DNA of 64,000 nt from Candidatus Latescibacterota bacterium (GCA_965237525.1 CBDEFO010000008.1:1120001-1184000), one strand, 5' to 3'. Shown: positions 10,115-21,650, counted from the first letter of the stretch. Translations and numbers: made by a program. Notes: generated from the letters alone by a model not told the origin.

Positions 10115-11566
10115 CTAAACAGGCACCGAAGGCAGGTTGGAATGCCCCATCAGATACTTGTCTATACCGTAAGCCACCTGTCGACCCTCCGCGATGGCCC
10201 AAACCACCAATGAAGCACCTCTGGTTGAGTCTCCGGCAGCAAATATCCCGGGCATGCTGGTAGCTCTTTCAGGGTTAGTCACTATATGCCCTCGACTATC
10301 CAACTCAACCCCCAAATCAGTAACGAGCCCTTGGTGCTCTGGATGTACAAACCCCATGGCCAGCAGGACTAAATCTACACCAATGGAAAATTCACTCCCT
10401 GGAACTTCGTGCATCACAGGCCTACCAGATTCGTCTGGTTGTTCCCATTCTACACGTACTGCATTGAGCTCCTCGACCCTACCATTCTTGCCAGAGAAAT
10501 TCTTCGTAAGGACATTGTAATCCCGCACCCCGCCTTCCTCGTGAGCTGGAGATGTACGTAAAATCTGTGGCCATTGAGGCCATGGATTCTCAGGACTCCT
10601 ATCCCCGGGCGGTTGAGGCAATAATTCCATCTGAAATATAACCTCTGCTCCCTGACGATGTGCCGTCCCTAAGCAGTCAGCTCCTGTATCACCACCTCCC
10701 AGTATAATAACCCGCTTACCCTCCGCAGTAATAGTTTCCGATGAATTGACAGAATGGCTAGCAATACGGCGATTCTGTTGAGTCAGGTACTCCATTGCCA
10801 GGTGTATACCTTCAAGTTCACGGCCAGGCACAGGAAGTTCTCGAGCCTCACATGAACCTATAGCCAGACAGACGGCGTCAAACTCTTTTCTTAATTCCCC
10901 AATAGACATTCCAACACCCACCTCCACACCTGTCTTGAATACTACCCCTTCTTCCGCCATGAGATCCACCCTGCGTTGTACGAGTTGTTTCTCCAGTTTG
11001 AAGTCTGGTATGCCCAAGCGAAGCAATCCTCCAATAGACTCGCTCCGCTCAAAAAGGGTTACTAGATGACCCGCTCTATTTAACTGCTGGGACGCAGCCA
11101 AACCCGCAGGGCCAGAACCAATCACCGCAACCCGTTTACCAGTACGATACGCAGGGAGTTCTGGTTTTATCCACCCTTCCTTGAAACCCTTGTCCACTAT
11201 GGCCTTCTCTATGTATTCAATAGTGACAGGGTCTTGGTTTATGGATAGCACACACGACGGCTCACAAGGGGCCGGACAGATACGCCCGGTAAACTCAGGG
11301 AAGTTGTTCGTTGCATGCAATCTTTCTAGAGCCATCCTCCATTGCTCGGTGTACACCAGGTGATTCCATTCCGGGATCAAATTTCCTAACGGGCATCCCA
11401 TGTGACAAAACGGCACCGCACAGTCCATACAGCGAGCGCCCTGTCTCTGAGCATCTTGGTCCGACCACTCTATATAGATCTCCCTTGAGTCCTTAACACG
11501 ATCCTGGACTGAGAGTCTGTCAGGTGGCTTCCTTTGAAATTCTATAAATCCTGTAGGTTTACCCAA
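10115..11566 (-). CDS. gltD: Glutamate synthase small subunit
   Basis: MGKPTGFIEF, ARCMDCAVPFC, NNFPEFTGRICPAPCE, GSGPAGLA, GGGDTGADC, GASLVVWAIAEGR. Confidence 0.96.
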   Translation of the reverse strand: MGKPTGFIEFQRKPPDRLSVQDRVKDSREIYIEWSDQDAQRQGARCMDCAVPFCHMGCPLGNLIPEWNHLVYTEQWRMALERLHATNNFPEFTGRICPAPCEPSCVLSINQDPVTIEYIEKAIVDKGFKEGWIKPELPAYRTGKRVAVIGSGPAGLAASQQLNRAGHLVTLFERSESIGGLLRLGIPDFKLEKQLVQRRVDLMAEEGVVFKTGVEVGVGMSIGELRKEFDAVCLAIGSCEARELPVPGRELEGIHLAMEYLTQQNRRIASHSVNSSETITAEGKRVIILGGGDTGADCLGTAHRQGAEVIFQMELLPQPPGDRSPENPWPQWPQILRTSPAHEEGGVRDYNVLTKNFSGKNGRVEELNAVRVEWEQPDESGRPVMHEVPGSEFSIGVDLVLLAMGFVHPEHQGLVTDLGVELDSRGHIVTNPERATSMPGIFAAGDSTRGASLVVWAIAEGRQVAYGIDKYLMGHSNLPSVPV

Positions 11567-14500
11567 TATTCACCGATTCCTTAGCCAGACCCTTTTGCGC
11601 ACGCTCATCTAGTATCCGCTTATAGTCATGCGGCATCACTTTCACAAACGTTGGTAGTATTTCATCCCAAGAATCAAGTACTCTTTTGGCACTGATACTC
11701 TCAGAATAATACGAATGCTCCTCTATCAACTTCCGTAAAAGGATTTTGTCTTCCTCTTCAGAAACTGAATCCAACCCAACCATATCCAGATTGCAACGGC
11801 TACCAAAGTTGCCACCTTCATCAAGAACGTAAGATATCCCACCACTCATCCCGGCAGCAAAATTGCGCCCTGTGTCACCAAGAACTACCACTATACCACC
11901 CGTCATGTACTCACAACCATGGTCTCCCACTCCCTCGACTACTACAATAGCTCCACTATTACGGACGGCGAATCTTTCTCCTGCAAGACCCCTAATAAAT
12001 ACCTTCCCACCGGTGGCACCATACAAAACTACATTACCTACTATGGTGGTGTCCTCAGGAACAAACGTTGCTTCACTAGGTGGGTAGATTACAATTCGTC
12101 CACCGGACATCCCTTTAGCAAAATAATCGTTAGCATCTCCTTCTACAGTCATGGAAACACCATTGGCGAGAAATGCCCCAAAGCTTTGCCCAGCAGATCC
12201 CTTGAAGGAGCAGTTTATAGTGTCATCCGGCAATCCTTCCTCTCCATAACGCTCAGCTATCTTCCCGCTTAGCATAGTGCCAACAACCCTGTTAGAGTTG
12301 CGAATGGGTAATTGTATTTGAACCGGTTCTTTTTTATCCAAAGCCACACTGGCCTTCTCAATAATCTCGTGGTCCAAGGCATCTGTAAGTCCATGATCCT
12401 GTTCCGTTTGGCAGTACATGGCTGTGCCGTTAGGAACATCTGGGAGCTGTAACATTGGCGAAAGATCTAATCCTCTACCTTTCCAGTGCTCAATGGCCTT
12501 GTAGGGCTCAAGCATGTCCATTCGCCCCACCATTTCGTTAACACTGCGAAATCCCAGCCGGGACATTATTTCTCTCAAATGCTCTGCAACGAAGAAAAAG
12601 TAATTAATAACGTATTCCGGCTTCCCTGCAAATTTCTTTCTCAATTCCGGGTCTTGAGTAGCAATGCCGACCGAACAAGTATTGAGATGACACTTCCTCA
12701 GCATAATGCACCCTAGTGTAACCAAAGGGGCAGTTGCAAAGCCAAACTCTTCTGCTCCCAGCAAACATGCGACAGCCACGTCACGCCCAGTTTTCAGCTG
12801 GCCGTCAGTCTGGACGACGATACGCCCACGTAAATCATTCATTAACAATACCTGCTGGGTTTCGGCAAGTCCCAGTTCCCAAGGAAGGCCTGCATGCTTT
12901 ACAGATGATTCAGGGGAAGCACCTGTTCCACCACTGTCTCCACTTATTAGCACCACATCACCATGGCCTTTTGAAACACCAGCAGCAATTATTCCAACTC
13001 CGACTTCTGCAACCAACTTGACATGTATTCTAGCCTTTGGATTGACATTTTTCAGGTCATGAATCAACTGAGCTAAATCCTCGATAGAGTATATATCATG
13101 GTGAGGGGGAGGTGATATTAATTCTACCCCTGGTGTAGTGTGACGAATCCACCCTATGTATTCGTCAACCTTATGACCTGGCAGCTGCCCACCCTCTCCT
13201 GGCTTAGAACCCTGTGCCATTTTTATCTGGAGATCTGTCGCGTTCACCAGATAGTTTGTCGTAACACCAAAACGTCCCGAGGCAACTTGCTTTATGAAAC
13301 TGTTGCGGCAGTCACCATTTTTGTCCTGAGCAAACCTACGATAGTCTTCACCACCCTCTCCAGTGTTGCTCTTGGCTCCAATACGGTTTGTTGCAATAGC
13401 CAAAGTTTCGTGGGCTTCACGGCTAATAGCCCCTAGAGAGATAGCGCCGGTAGCAAATCTCTTCACAATCTCAGATGCAGGCTCTACTTCTTCTAAAGGT
13501 ATAGGTTCGTCTAGTTGTTTAAAGTCCAAGAGCCCACGGAGCGTGGAAGATTCCCGATCCTGTTGATCTATCAACTCCGAGAATCTCTTATAGGTCTGAT
13601 AATTATTCGTCCGAGTTGACTGTTGTAACAGTGTGATGGTCTCAGGGTTATACATGTGGTACTCACCATCGCGGCGCCATTGATAAAGTCCTCCGTGGTC
13701 TAAATCCAAAGAACCTGAAACCAAACCGACACCGTATCCTGAGGAATGGCGCCTCCTTGATTCCTCTTCTATGGTTTCTATGCCTACTCCTTCAACACGT
13801 GAAGATGTCCAAGTGAAATAGCGGTCAATGAATTCTTGGCTGAGGCCTATAGCCTCAAATATTTGGGCGCCTCGGTAACTTTGGACCGTAGAAATGCCCA
13901 TCTTGGACATTACCTTTAAAACACCCTTCCCTATTGCTTTTGTAATATTCTTTTCGGCCACATAGGAATCGACACCATGTGAATTCATATCTTTTGGTAT
14001 CTGTTCCCTCAGAATCTCAAATGCTAGGTATGGATTGACTGCTCCGGCTCCATAACCAATCAGGAGTGCGAAGTGCATTACCTCACGCGGCTCACCTGAT
14101 TCCACCACGAGGCCAACCTTGGTCCGTTTGCCTTGGCGTATCAGGTGGTGGTGTACTGCTGAAGTGGCCAAAAGTATTGGAATCGGAGCGTAACGAGCAT
14201 CCACTCCCCTATCTGAGAGAACGATAATATTGCTCCCGGAATCAACTGCATCAGAAACCTGTTTGCATAATCCATCCAAGGCAATTTCCAAAGATCCATT
14301 CCCTACTTGGGTGTCAAATAACGTATGGCACGTGGTGGACTTAATGCCTTCTTGGGATATATTGCTTATTTTTTGGAGTTCTGTATCAGTGAGGATAGGC
14401 TGTTTGAGTTTCAGTTGACGACAGTGCTTGGGAGTTTCCTCAAACAAATTCTGTTCGGACCCAACAAAGGCTTCAAGCGAAGTGACCAATTCCTCCCTGA

Positions 14501-16094
14501 TGGCATCCAAAGGTGGATTAGAAACCTGTGCGAAAAGCTGCTTGAAATAGCCATAAAGCAACTGGGGTCTTACGGAGAGCACAGCCAACGGCGTGTCATT
14601 CCCCATAGATCCAATTGGCTCGGATCCAGTTAAGGCCATGGGCTCCATAATAATCTGTAGATCCTCTAAAGTGTAACCAAAGGCCCTTTTTAGACTTTGC
14701 AGTTCTGTTGGATCTATTTTCTCAAGGCTGGCGGGTTCTGGAAGTTGATCCAGAGTCAGCTTGTTATTTTCCAACCATAGACCATAAGGCTGTCTCTTGG
14801 CTAAATCAGATTTCAGTTCCTCGTCCCCGATAATCCTCGCTTCGTTAGTATCTAAAAGGAACATTCTCCCGGGATGAATTCTGTCTTTGAACTTGATGTT
14901 GTCAGGATCGATTTCTAACACACCGACTTCGGATGCCATAACTAACAAATCATCCTTGGTCACCAGATACCGAAATGGTCTAAGGCCATTCCGGTCAAGC
15001 ACCACACCTATACTGGTACCATCAGTGGCAGCGATAAGAGCCGGGCCATCCCAGGGTTCCATCAAGCACGAGTGGTATTCATAAAAATCGCGCTTCTCTT
15101 GTGATATTTCCACATGCTCCCCAGTAGCCTCTGGAATCATCATCATCAGAGCATGCGGGAGAGAACGGCCTGTAGCCAACAACAACTCCAAGGCATTGTC
15201 AAAAGATGCGGTATCGCTAGCACCTGGCGTAATGATTGGAGACAATTTACCCATATCTTCTCCAAAGAGACTCGAGGACAACATATGCTCGCGTGCAGTC
15301 ATCCAGTTGACATTACCTCTGAGAGTATTAATCTCACCGTTATGGCAAATGAGCCTGTATGGATGTGCCAGTCTCCAGGAACCCAAAGTGTTAGTACTGA
15401 ATCGAGCATGAACCATTGCGAAGGCACTGGACATATCTGGGTCTGATAGGTCCGGGTAAAACCCTCTTAGCTGTGTGCCAATAAGCAGCCCTTTATAAAC
15501 CAAACGGTTTGAAGAGAGACTCGGGATGTAAAAATGATTCTGAACATCATCACCCATTTGGCTGACTGCACGTTCAATCATCTTCCTGACAACATACAGT
15601 TTGCGCTCAAAGTGAGCTTCGCTTTCTATTCCGGGACCACGACCGATGAATACCTGACGGATAAAGGGCTGTGATTCCTTAGCCACATAGCCAATCTCAG
15701 AATCATTCACAGGGACATCACGCCAACCCAGGAAACGTTGTCCTTCATCCTCTATGACTCCCTCGACCACATCCTCACAGATCTTTCTCTGTGACGTGTC
15801 TGGTGGTAAGAAAACCATGCCGACCCCATAATCACCTAACCCTGGTAGATTAATGCCCAAGCAGGGGCATTCTTTCTTTAAAAACTCATGTGGTACCTGT
15901 ATCAGTATCCCAGAACCATCCCCAGTCAACGGATCACAACCACACGCACCCCTGTGAGCTAGGTTAACGAGTACTTCGATGCCCTTTTCAAGAATAGCGT
16001 GTGTCTTCTTACCTGTTATGTTGGCAACTAATCCAACACCACATGCATCATGTTCAAACCTAGAATCGTAAAGTCCGGTAGTAAAAGTTGGCAA
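11559..16094 (-). CDS. gltB: Glutamate synthase large subunit
   Basis: EHDACGVG, HARFSTNT, EPWDGPA, KSNTGEGGE, KQVASGRFGV, PPPHHDIYSIEDLAQLI, CHLNTC, GXGXG C-terminal domain. Confidence 0.97.
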   Translation of the reverse strand: MPTFTTGLYDSRFEHDACGVGLVANITGKKTHAILEKGIEVLVNLAHRGACGCDPLTGDGSGILIQVPHEFLKKECPCLGINLPGLGDYGVGMVFLPPDTSQRKICEDVVEGVIEDEGQRFLGWRDVPVNDSEIGYVAKESQPFIRQVFIGRGPGIESEAHFERKLYVVRKMIERAVSQMGDDVQNHFYIPSLSSNRLVYKGLLIGTQLRGFYPDLSDPDMSSAFAMVHARFSTNTLGSWRLAHPYRLICHNGEINTLRGNVNWMTAREHMLSSSLFGEDMGKLSPIITPGASDTASFDNALELLLATGRSLPHALMMMIPEATGEHVEISQEKRDFYEYHSCLMEPWDGPALIAATDGTSIGVVLDRNGLRPFRYLVTKDDLLVMASEVGVLEIDPDNIKFKDRIHPGRMFLLDTNEARIIGDEELKSDLAKRQPYGLWLENNKLTLDQLPEPASLEKIDPTELQSLKRAFGYTLEDLQIIMEPMALTGSEPIGSMGNDTPLAVLSVRPQLLYGYFKQLFAQVSNPPLDAIREELVTSLEAFVGSEQNLFEETPKHCRQLKLKQPILTDTELQKISNISQEGIKSTTCHTLFDTQVGNGSLEIALDGLCKQVSDAVDSGSNIIVLSDRGVDARYAPIPILLATSAVHHHLIRQGKRTKVGLVVESGEPREVMHFALLIGYGAGAVNPYLAFEILREQIPKDMNSHGVDSYVAEKNITKAIGKGVLKVMSKMGISTVQSYRGAQIFEAIGLSQEFIDRYFTWTSSRVEGVGIETIEEESRRRHSSGYGVGLVSGSLDLDHGGLYQWRRDGEYHMYNPETITLLQQSTRTNNYQTYKRFSELIDQQDRESSTLRGLLDFKQLDEPIPLEEVEPASEIVKRFATGAISLGAISREAHETLAIATNRIGAKSNTGEGGEDYRRFAQDKNGDCRNSFIKQVASGRFGVTTNYLVNATDLQIKMAQGSKPGEGGQLPGHKVDEYIGWIRHTTPGVELISPPPHHDIYSIEDLAQLIHDLKNVNPKARIHVKLVAEVGVGIIAAGVSKGHGDVVLISGDSGGTGASPESSVKHAGLPWELGLAETQQVLLMNDLRGRIVVQTDGQLKTGRDVAVACLLGAEEFGFATAPLVTLGCIMLRKCHLNTCSVGIATQDPELRKKFAGKPEYVINYFFFVAEHLREIMSRLGFRSVNEMVGRMDMLEPYKAIEHWKGRGLDLSPMLQLPDVPNGTAMYCQTEQDHGLTDALDHEIIEKASVALDKKEPVQIQLPIRNSNRVVGTMLSGKIAERYGEEGLPDDTINCSFKGSAGQSFGAFLANGVSMTVEGDANDYFAKGMSGGRIVIYPPSEATFVPEDTTIVGNVVLYGATGGKVFIRGLAGERFAVRNSGAIVVVEGVGDHGCEYMTGGIVVVLGDTGRNFAAGMSGGISYVLDEGGNFGSRCNLDMVGLDSVSEEEDKILLRKLIEEHSYYSESISAKRVLDSWDEILPTFVKVMPHDYKRILDERAQKGLAKESVNIG

Positions 16095-16516
16095 CGGTAG
16101 CTTCTCCTACGAGTAAACTCCTGTACCTAAAGAATAGGTAAGCATCTCTTTAATTCATAGTTATTGAGTTGCGCTTTATACTGGTTTCATTCGATCTTCT
16201 TGTTTCGTATATAGCTTTCGAAATTGTGTTAGTTATCATTTTTCCTTAAACTCCGTCTTATTCGGTTGACAGCCTCCATCATAACATTCATTTTTGAATA
16301 TGCAATGTCAATATCCTTAGTTGTCCTAAATCCACAGTCAGGGTCTATCCAAATTCGCTTTAAGGTTTCTGCTGTAGGGGCAAGAACATCTAATGCTGTG
16401 TTAATTCTTCTAACGACAGTGTCAACATCCTCCACGGCAATACCAGGCCTAACATCAATTACACCAACAGCAACATCCTTGTAATTCGTTAAAGGGTCTT
16501 TTTTCATCATTCTTAG

Positions 16517-18035
16517 AAGCCTTGTGAAAAACCCTTAGATTCAGAAAGTAGTATAGAACAAGCATTGATAAAGCAGCTCCGATGTATTATATTATGTTAT
16601 TGATAATATTATACATGGAGGAAACAATGACCCCACAAAAGCAGGAACAGACAAATCCGATGTTTCACTATTTTCAGATGGAGGATTTAGTTCCCGAGGA
16701 TCATATCCTTCGTCAGATTGATGAGGCAGTTGATTTTTCATTTGTACGAGACGTTGTATCAGATTGTTATTGCCCTGACAATGGCAGACCCGGTATTGAT
16801 CCTGAATTAGTTGTTCGAATGATCCTTATTGGCTATCTGTATAATTTGAGTGAGAATCGGCTCTGTCAGGAAGTGGGGATGCATGCGGCATATCGGTTGT
16901 TTTGTCATCAGACATTTGATGATGCGGTTCCGGATAGGAGCACGATCAACAAGCTTCGCAATCACAAGTGGGCATCCAGTGGGTTGTTTGAACGGATAAT
17001 GCGTCAGGTAGTCCAGTGTTGCATAGATGTCGGTCTTGTGAGCGGTAAACACCTTAGTGTCGACGGCACTCAGATACAAGCTGATGCTTCAGTGAAAAGT
17101 ATTGAGCCGATAGAACCCCCTTTTTCTCTTGATGATTATCTCAAGGGAATCGGTTTTGAAGGTGATAAGACAAAGGGTAGGTCCGGGCATCCTCAGGATA
17201 AAGACTTTCATGGTGAAAAGTGGACGAACCAAACACACCGTTCGACTACAGACCCCGACGCGCGCTTATACAGCAAATCGAAGGGCAAAGGGGCTTTTCT
17301 CTCGTTTATGGGCCATGATCTGATCGACACAAAAAGCAGAGTAATCCTTGAGACTCAGGGCACGCAGGCGACAGGGACAGCAGAGCCCGAAAGTGCCCTT
17401 AAGATGGTAGATGACCTTGAAACATAGACCATGCCCAAAGACATTCAGACACTTAGTGCCGATACCGGTTACGGTTCTGGTAATTTTATCGCTGATGTAC
17501 TTGACCGGGGAATCATACCCCATATTCCTCTGCGAGCCGATGAGAAGATTGAACCGATTCCTACATGGAAAAACAAGACAAATTCAGCACATATTCAGGC
17601 CGAACGGGATAGAAAAGTGCGAGAGGCGAAAGCCAGAAATCATGCACGGTCTATCTCATTAACAGCTGACTACAAACTCTCCCGGAGACTCCGTAAACGC
17701 AGTGAACATATCTTTGCTGAAGCCAGGCAACAACACGGTATGGGACGAGCCCGTTACAGAGGACCAGCCTCACTGAATGAACAGTTGAATCTTGTTGCAA
17801 CAGTACAGAATCTCAAGAGGCTTGTATCTTTCATAAGAAGGGGGAAAGCGTCTATGTGTGCCCTGTCTGTCAAAGACAGTGCATCCTGTTCTTCAAACAG
17901 CTCCTGTTCCTTGCTGACCAGAACTCTGATAAGACTATTTTGCTTATTCCACAGCAAAACGATACGATATGCTACTCTTTGACCTATAATCGGCGCTTCA
18001 GACGCTGCCTGGGACATAACTATTTCACAAGGCTT
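16517..18035 (+). mobile_element. IS1182-family insertion sequence, copy 2 (1519 bp)
   Basis: Same TIR as copy 1; TSD TTAG (16513-16516, 18036-18039). Confidence 0.93.
16582..17982 (+). pseudogene. IS1182 transposase with a nonsense mutation
   Basis: TAC(Tyr)->TAG at 17425-17427 relative to copy 1 splits it into 281-aa and 183-aa ORFs; also a V->F change (PPVS vs PPFS). Confidence 0.9.
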
Positions 18036-18746
18036 TTAGTAAATCAGATCTTTCTAACCCTAAATCGAGCTCACTCGATAATTCAATATCTATTTGATCG
18101 ACAGGTAGGTCACGCATGTATGGGTACACTTCAGGAAAATCGCTATAACAAATGTGGGTGATTGTGTATGCGTTCAGATCTTCCGTTACTGTTCTCAAGC
18201 CTTCTTTAAACAAGTCGATTTCCAAAAATCTTTCTGCAACAGCTGGCTCATCCACTTGAATGTATTCTGCGCCAGCCTTTTCAAGCACCAATGCTTCTTC
18301 CCTTATAACTTCTGCCCATGCCCGTACAAGCTTTTCCCTATCCTTATAGTGGTTATCAAAATTCCAATTGCTAAGTGTAGTAGGCCCAGTTAGCATACCT
18401 TTTACGGGCCTTCTTGCAAGACCCTGTGCATACTCAAACTGTTCTAACTGGATTGCCCCTGTTCTTTTTAACGGTCTATCTACTGTTCCTTTTTTCCAAA
18501 ATCTATTGCCATACGATCTTGTCCAATCTGCTATCGGGAGGCTTAATGCACGAGCATAATCAGTGGCCATATCTCCTCGATAAATTTCTCCGTCAACAAG
18601 GACATCAACACCCAGAGCCTCTTGACGTCTGATAAATTCTTCCGATGCTCTCTTACTGTTCTCATCCAGCTGGCCTCTGGCTCGAGTCACAAAGTCAGGT
18701 TTTGGAAAGGAGCCGACCCCAGTCGTGGGCAACAGTGGTAACCCCA

Positions 18747-19727
18747 TTAGTTCATCCTATTAGTTATGTCGGCAATCAGAGCTATTTTTTGTTTGGCGTT
18801 GTCCCTTGGGAGATGTTCCAAAGTAGCATTTGACGATAGAAGTGATCTCTGAAAATCCACACAACCTTCCAGACTCCGCAATCTACTCATAACGGAATCT
18901 TGTTCTTCCAAGCCAGTGTAGCCTCTGTCTCCAGAATCGATTAAACCGATCCCTATACCTTTGTCGGGACATTTCTTTTTAACCAGAGTCTCCACATCAG
19001 GATCCCACACAAAATCCAGACCTACAATATCCACAGGTAGAGATAATAACATATCTAAAACTTCTGGCGTGTATCTACCATAAAATGTCCAGACGGCTGT
19101 CTGAATATTCAGGCCACTTACCATCATCTCGTACAATTCTGGCACTATGGCTGTATCGTCGTGCAGCCTACCATATGCAATTATTGATGGTTCATTGAAT
19201 TGAACTAAAGGAACATCTTTTAATCCTGATAGTTCTTCTCTATATAATGTTGCATATTTGCGCGCCAGCTCTGCAAAAGTTTTGTACGGAGATTTCTTAC
19301 CGAAAACAGAATGTTTTGCCATCGTATACGGACCAGGGAGTTCTACTTTTACTTCTGGGTGGACTTCTAATGCGATTCTACATAAATCATTGACGATTGG
19401 CCTCCTCTTTACAATTTCTCCGTTTACTATAACCTCTCTATAGTGGGTGTTAGTATGAAATACTTTTTTCATTCCAACGAATTGGATGCCTTCAATAGAT
19501 TCTAAAGGCCACGTCAACTCATCATGCACATCTACTAATCCATAGTTTGGCAAGTCAATTCCAGCAGAAACCATTTCCTCAACTACTTCCCTTGTCAAAT
19601 TCTCCATAAGACGTTGCACTAATTGTACGCTCCCAGAGCCTCTGTAAATATTATTTAGCTCTCTTCTCAGTTCATTCCCGACCTCAGATCCGACTCTCGG
19701 GTAAGGTCCTACAACGGTTGATTGCAT
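18747..19727 (-). CDS. Split MetE, N-terminal-half-like subunit
   Basis: VVGPYPRVG...ELRREL, VFHTNTHYRE (cf. FFDTNxYY), LPGPYT, VQFNEPS, WTFYG, GLDFV, LEHLP. Translationally coupled to the catalytic half. Confidence 0.8.
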   Translation of the reverse strand: MQSTVVGPYPRVGSEVGNELRRELNNIYRGSGSVQLVQRLMENLTREVVEEMVSAGIDLPNYGLVDVHDELTWPLESIEGIQFVGMKKVFHTNTHYREVIVNGEIVKRRPIVNDLCRIALEVHPEVKVELPGPYTMAKHSVFGKKSPYKTFAELARKYATLYREELSGLKDVPLVQFNEPSIIAYGRLHDDTAIVPELYEMMVSGLNIQTAVWTFYGRYTPEVLDMLLSLPVDIVGLDFVWDPDVETLVKKKCPDKGIGIGLIDSGDRGYTGLEEQDSVMSRLRSLEGCVDFQRSLLSSNATLEHLPRDNAKQKIALIADITNRMN

Positions 19728-19805
19728 AATCTTCTCTGAAATGCGCTCTGGTTAGTCGCTTTCTGTCCAGCCCTCAAATAAGAATTTTGTCTTTCTTTTA
19801 GCCTC

Positions 19806-21650
19806 TCATAAGGCGCTTATGACCTCCAAAGCCATGTCATATTTAGCAAATGGAGGCATAAGATATGCGCCGTCCGTCATATTTGCGGCTAATTTAATAA
19901 AATCCTGCGCTATTCTTACGCCGACCCTTGGTGCTTCCTCCTTAGAAGCACTGGCCATCTTTTCCCTTATATCCTGGGGGACCACCATACCTGGCACCTC
20001 GTTATGCAAGAATTCCGCATGGCGAGAGGTCCTTAAGGGGAGAATGCCTACCAAAAGGGGCATGTTCAGGTGTTCTATCCTCTTGGTTGCAATCTCAAGA
20101 GATTCTATATCGTAAATTGGCTGTGTGAATATTACCTGAGCCCCCTCCTCGTTCTTTTTTTCCAGCCTCTCAATCTCAGCGTCTAAATCGTTGGCCAGGG
20201 GATCGAAGGCTACAGATATGGTAAACGATGTCGGTTGGGCTATCGTATTTCCCGCCAGGTCTTGACCACGATTGAAAGAGTTGATAATTCTGACCAGTCC
20301 GATGGAGTCTATGTCGAACACAGACGTGGCCTCTGGATAGTCGCCTATCTGAGCAGGGTCTCCTGTGATCGCAAGTATGTTCTTGACGCCTAAAACGTGG
20401 GCACCCAAGAGTTCCGATTGAATCCCCAGGATATTTCTATCGCGGCACGTAAAGTGCATTATGACCTCTATCCCAATTCTCTCTTGCAGCAGATGTGCCA
20501 CAATCATCGGGTTCATCCTGAGCCTTGCCCTTGCTCCGTCGGAGATGTTCAAGGCGTCCACGCCGTTATCTTTCAAAATTCCTGCGCCTTCCACCGCCTT
20601 TGATATATCCACCCCTCTCGGCAGATCCATCTCCACAGTAATGAGATATTTTGTCCCTATCTTCCGGGAGAATAAGGACCTTTCGCGCGGTCCGACCCCG
20701 GATACCTCCACCTCGTCATCGAGCGGCTCCACCTCCAGGGATGGGACGCCCACTCCGTCTTGCAGGCCCCTTTTAGATCCTAAAGTGACATCCTTTATAG
20801 CCTCCGCAAGGGCTTTTATATGCCGAGGCGTGGTTCTGCAGCAGCCGCCGATTAAGCCTGCCCCGGACTCTGCAAAGGTTCGGGCGTACTCTGCAAAGTA
20901 ATCTGGAGAGGCATTGTACGTGATCTTTCCTCTTACGAACTGAGGGAGACCTGCGGTAGGCTGAGCGGAGACTTTTATGTCCTCCTTGGAAGCTATGTCT
21001 TTGACTATAGAGAGCATCCTTTGAGGACCCACAATACAGTTGGCGCCTACAATATCCGCTCCCCAATCTAAGAGTCTGTCCCGCACCTTCCCTGGAAGAC
21101 CCTTGGCCAGAGTCCCGCCGTCCTCTATAAAAGCCTTTTGGGCCACGATAGGAATATCTGTAAGTTCCCTTGCGGCTTCAAGGGCTATTCTGAGTTCCTC
21201 TATATCGGAAAACGTCTCAAGGATAAGTAGGTCCACGCCCTCCTCAAGGAGGATTCCCATCTGACTTTTAAAGGATTCAAGAGCCTCCACCGGATCTATT
21301 CTACCTATCGGCTTAATTGGTTTGCCCACAGGGCCGACCGCCCCTGCCACCAGAGCCTTTCCCTCGGATGCCTTTTTGGCAATGTTCACAGCGGCTGCAT
21401 TAATTTCGTCAGCCCTGTCCTCAACTCCGAACTCTTTAAGCTTGAAGCTGTTTGCCCCATAACTATTGGTCTCGACTATTTGCGCTCCCGCTTGAATGTA
21501 CTCCTTATGCACGTCTTCTACAAGTTCCGGACGCGTCAGGTTGACCATCTCGAAGGGATGATCGAAGGCTATGCCCCTTTCATAAAGAAGCGTCCCCATA
21601 GCCCCATCGCAGACCACTACTTTTTCTTGGAGCATTTGTAAAAGATGCAT
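19806..21650 (-). CDS. Bifunctional homocysteine S-methyltransferase / methylenetetrahydrofolate reductase (YitJ-like)
   Basis: DGAMGT, GANC, IGGCC in the N-half; HFTCRDRN...LAITGDP...FTQPIYD...FLHNEVPG in the C-half. Confidence 0.93.
   Translation of the reverse strand: MHLLQMLQEKVVVCDGAMGTLLYERGIAFDHPFEMVNLTRPELVEDVHKEYIQAGAQIVETNSYGANSFKLKEFGVEDRADEINAAAVNIAKKASEGKALVAGAVGPVGKPIKPIGRIDPVEALESFKSQMGILLEEGVDLLILETFSDIEELRIALEAARELTDIPIVAQKAFIEDGGTLAKGLPGKVRDRLLDWGADIVGANCIVGPQRMLSIVKDIASKEDIKVSAQPTAGLPQFVRGKITYNASPDYFAEYARTFAESGAGLIGGCCRTTPRHIKALAEAIKDVTLGSKRGLQDGVGVPSLEVEPLDDEVEVSGVGPRERSLFSRKIGTKYLITVEMDLPRGVDISKAVEGAGILKDNGVDALNISDGARARLRMNPMIVAHLLQERIGIEVIMHFTCRDRNILGIQSELLGAHVLGVKNILAITGDPAQIGDYPEATSVFDIDSIGLVRIINSFNRGQDLAGNTIAQPTSFTISVAFDPLANDLDAEIERLEKKNEEGAQVIFTQPIYDIESLEIATKRIEHLNMPLLVGILPLRTSRHAEFLHNEVPGMVVPQDIREKMASASKEEAPRVGVRIAQDFIKLAANMTDGAYLMPPFAKYDMALEVISAL

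Larger units (their letters stand above)
16229..18747 (-). pseudogene. metE: Cobalamin-independent methionine synthase catalytic (C-terminal) half, interrupted by IS1182 copy 2
   Basis: LPTTGVGSFPKP, DVLVDGEIYRGDM, VKGMLTGP, IQVDEPA, THICY, then after the IS: VGVIDVR...WIDPDCG. Removing IS 16517-18035 and one TTAG rejoins ...ERSDLLRMMKKDPL in frame. Confidence 0.88.

Noticed and set aside
17425..17427. TAG recoding (pyrrolysine or alternative code) suggested by in-frame TAGs here and at 32089
   Set aside because: IS copy 1 has TAC at this position, and TAG terminates normal genes such as dop and ubact.
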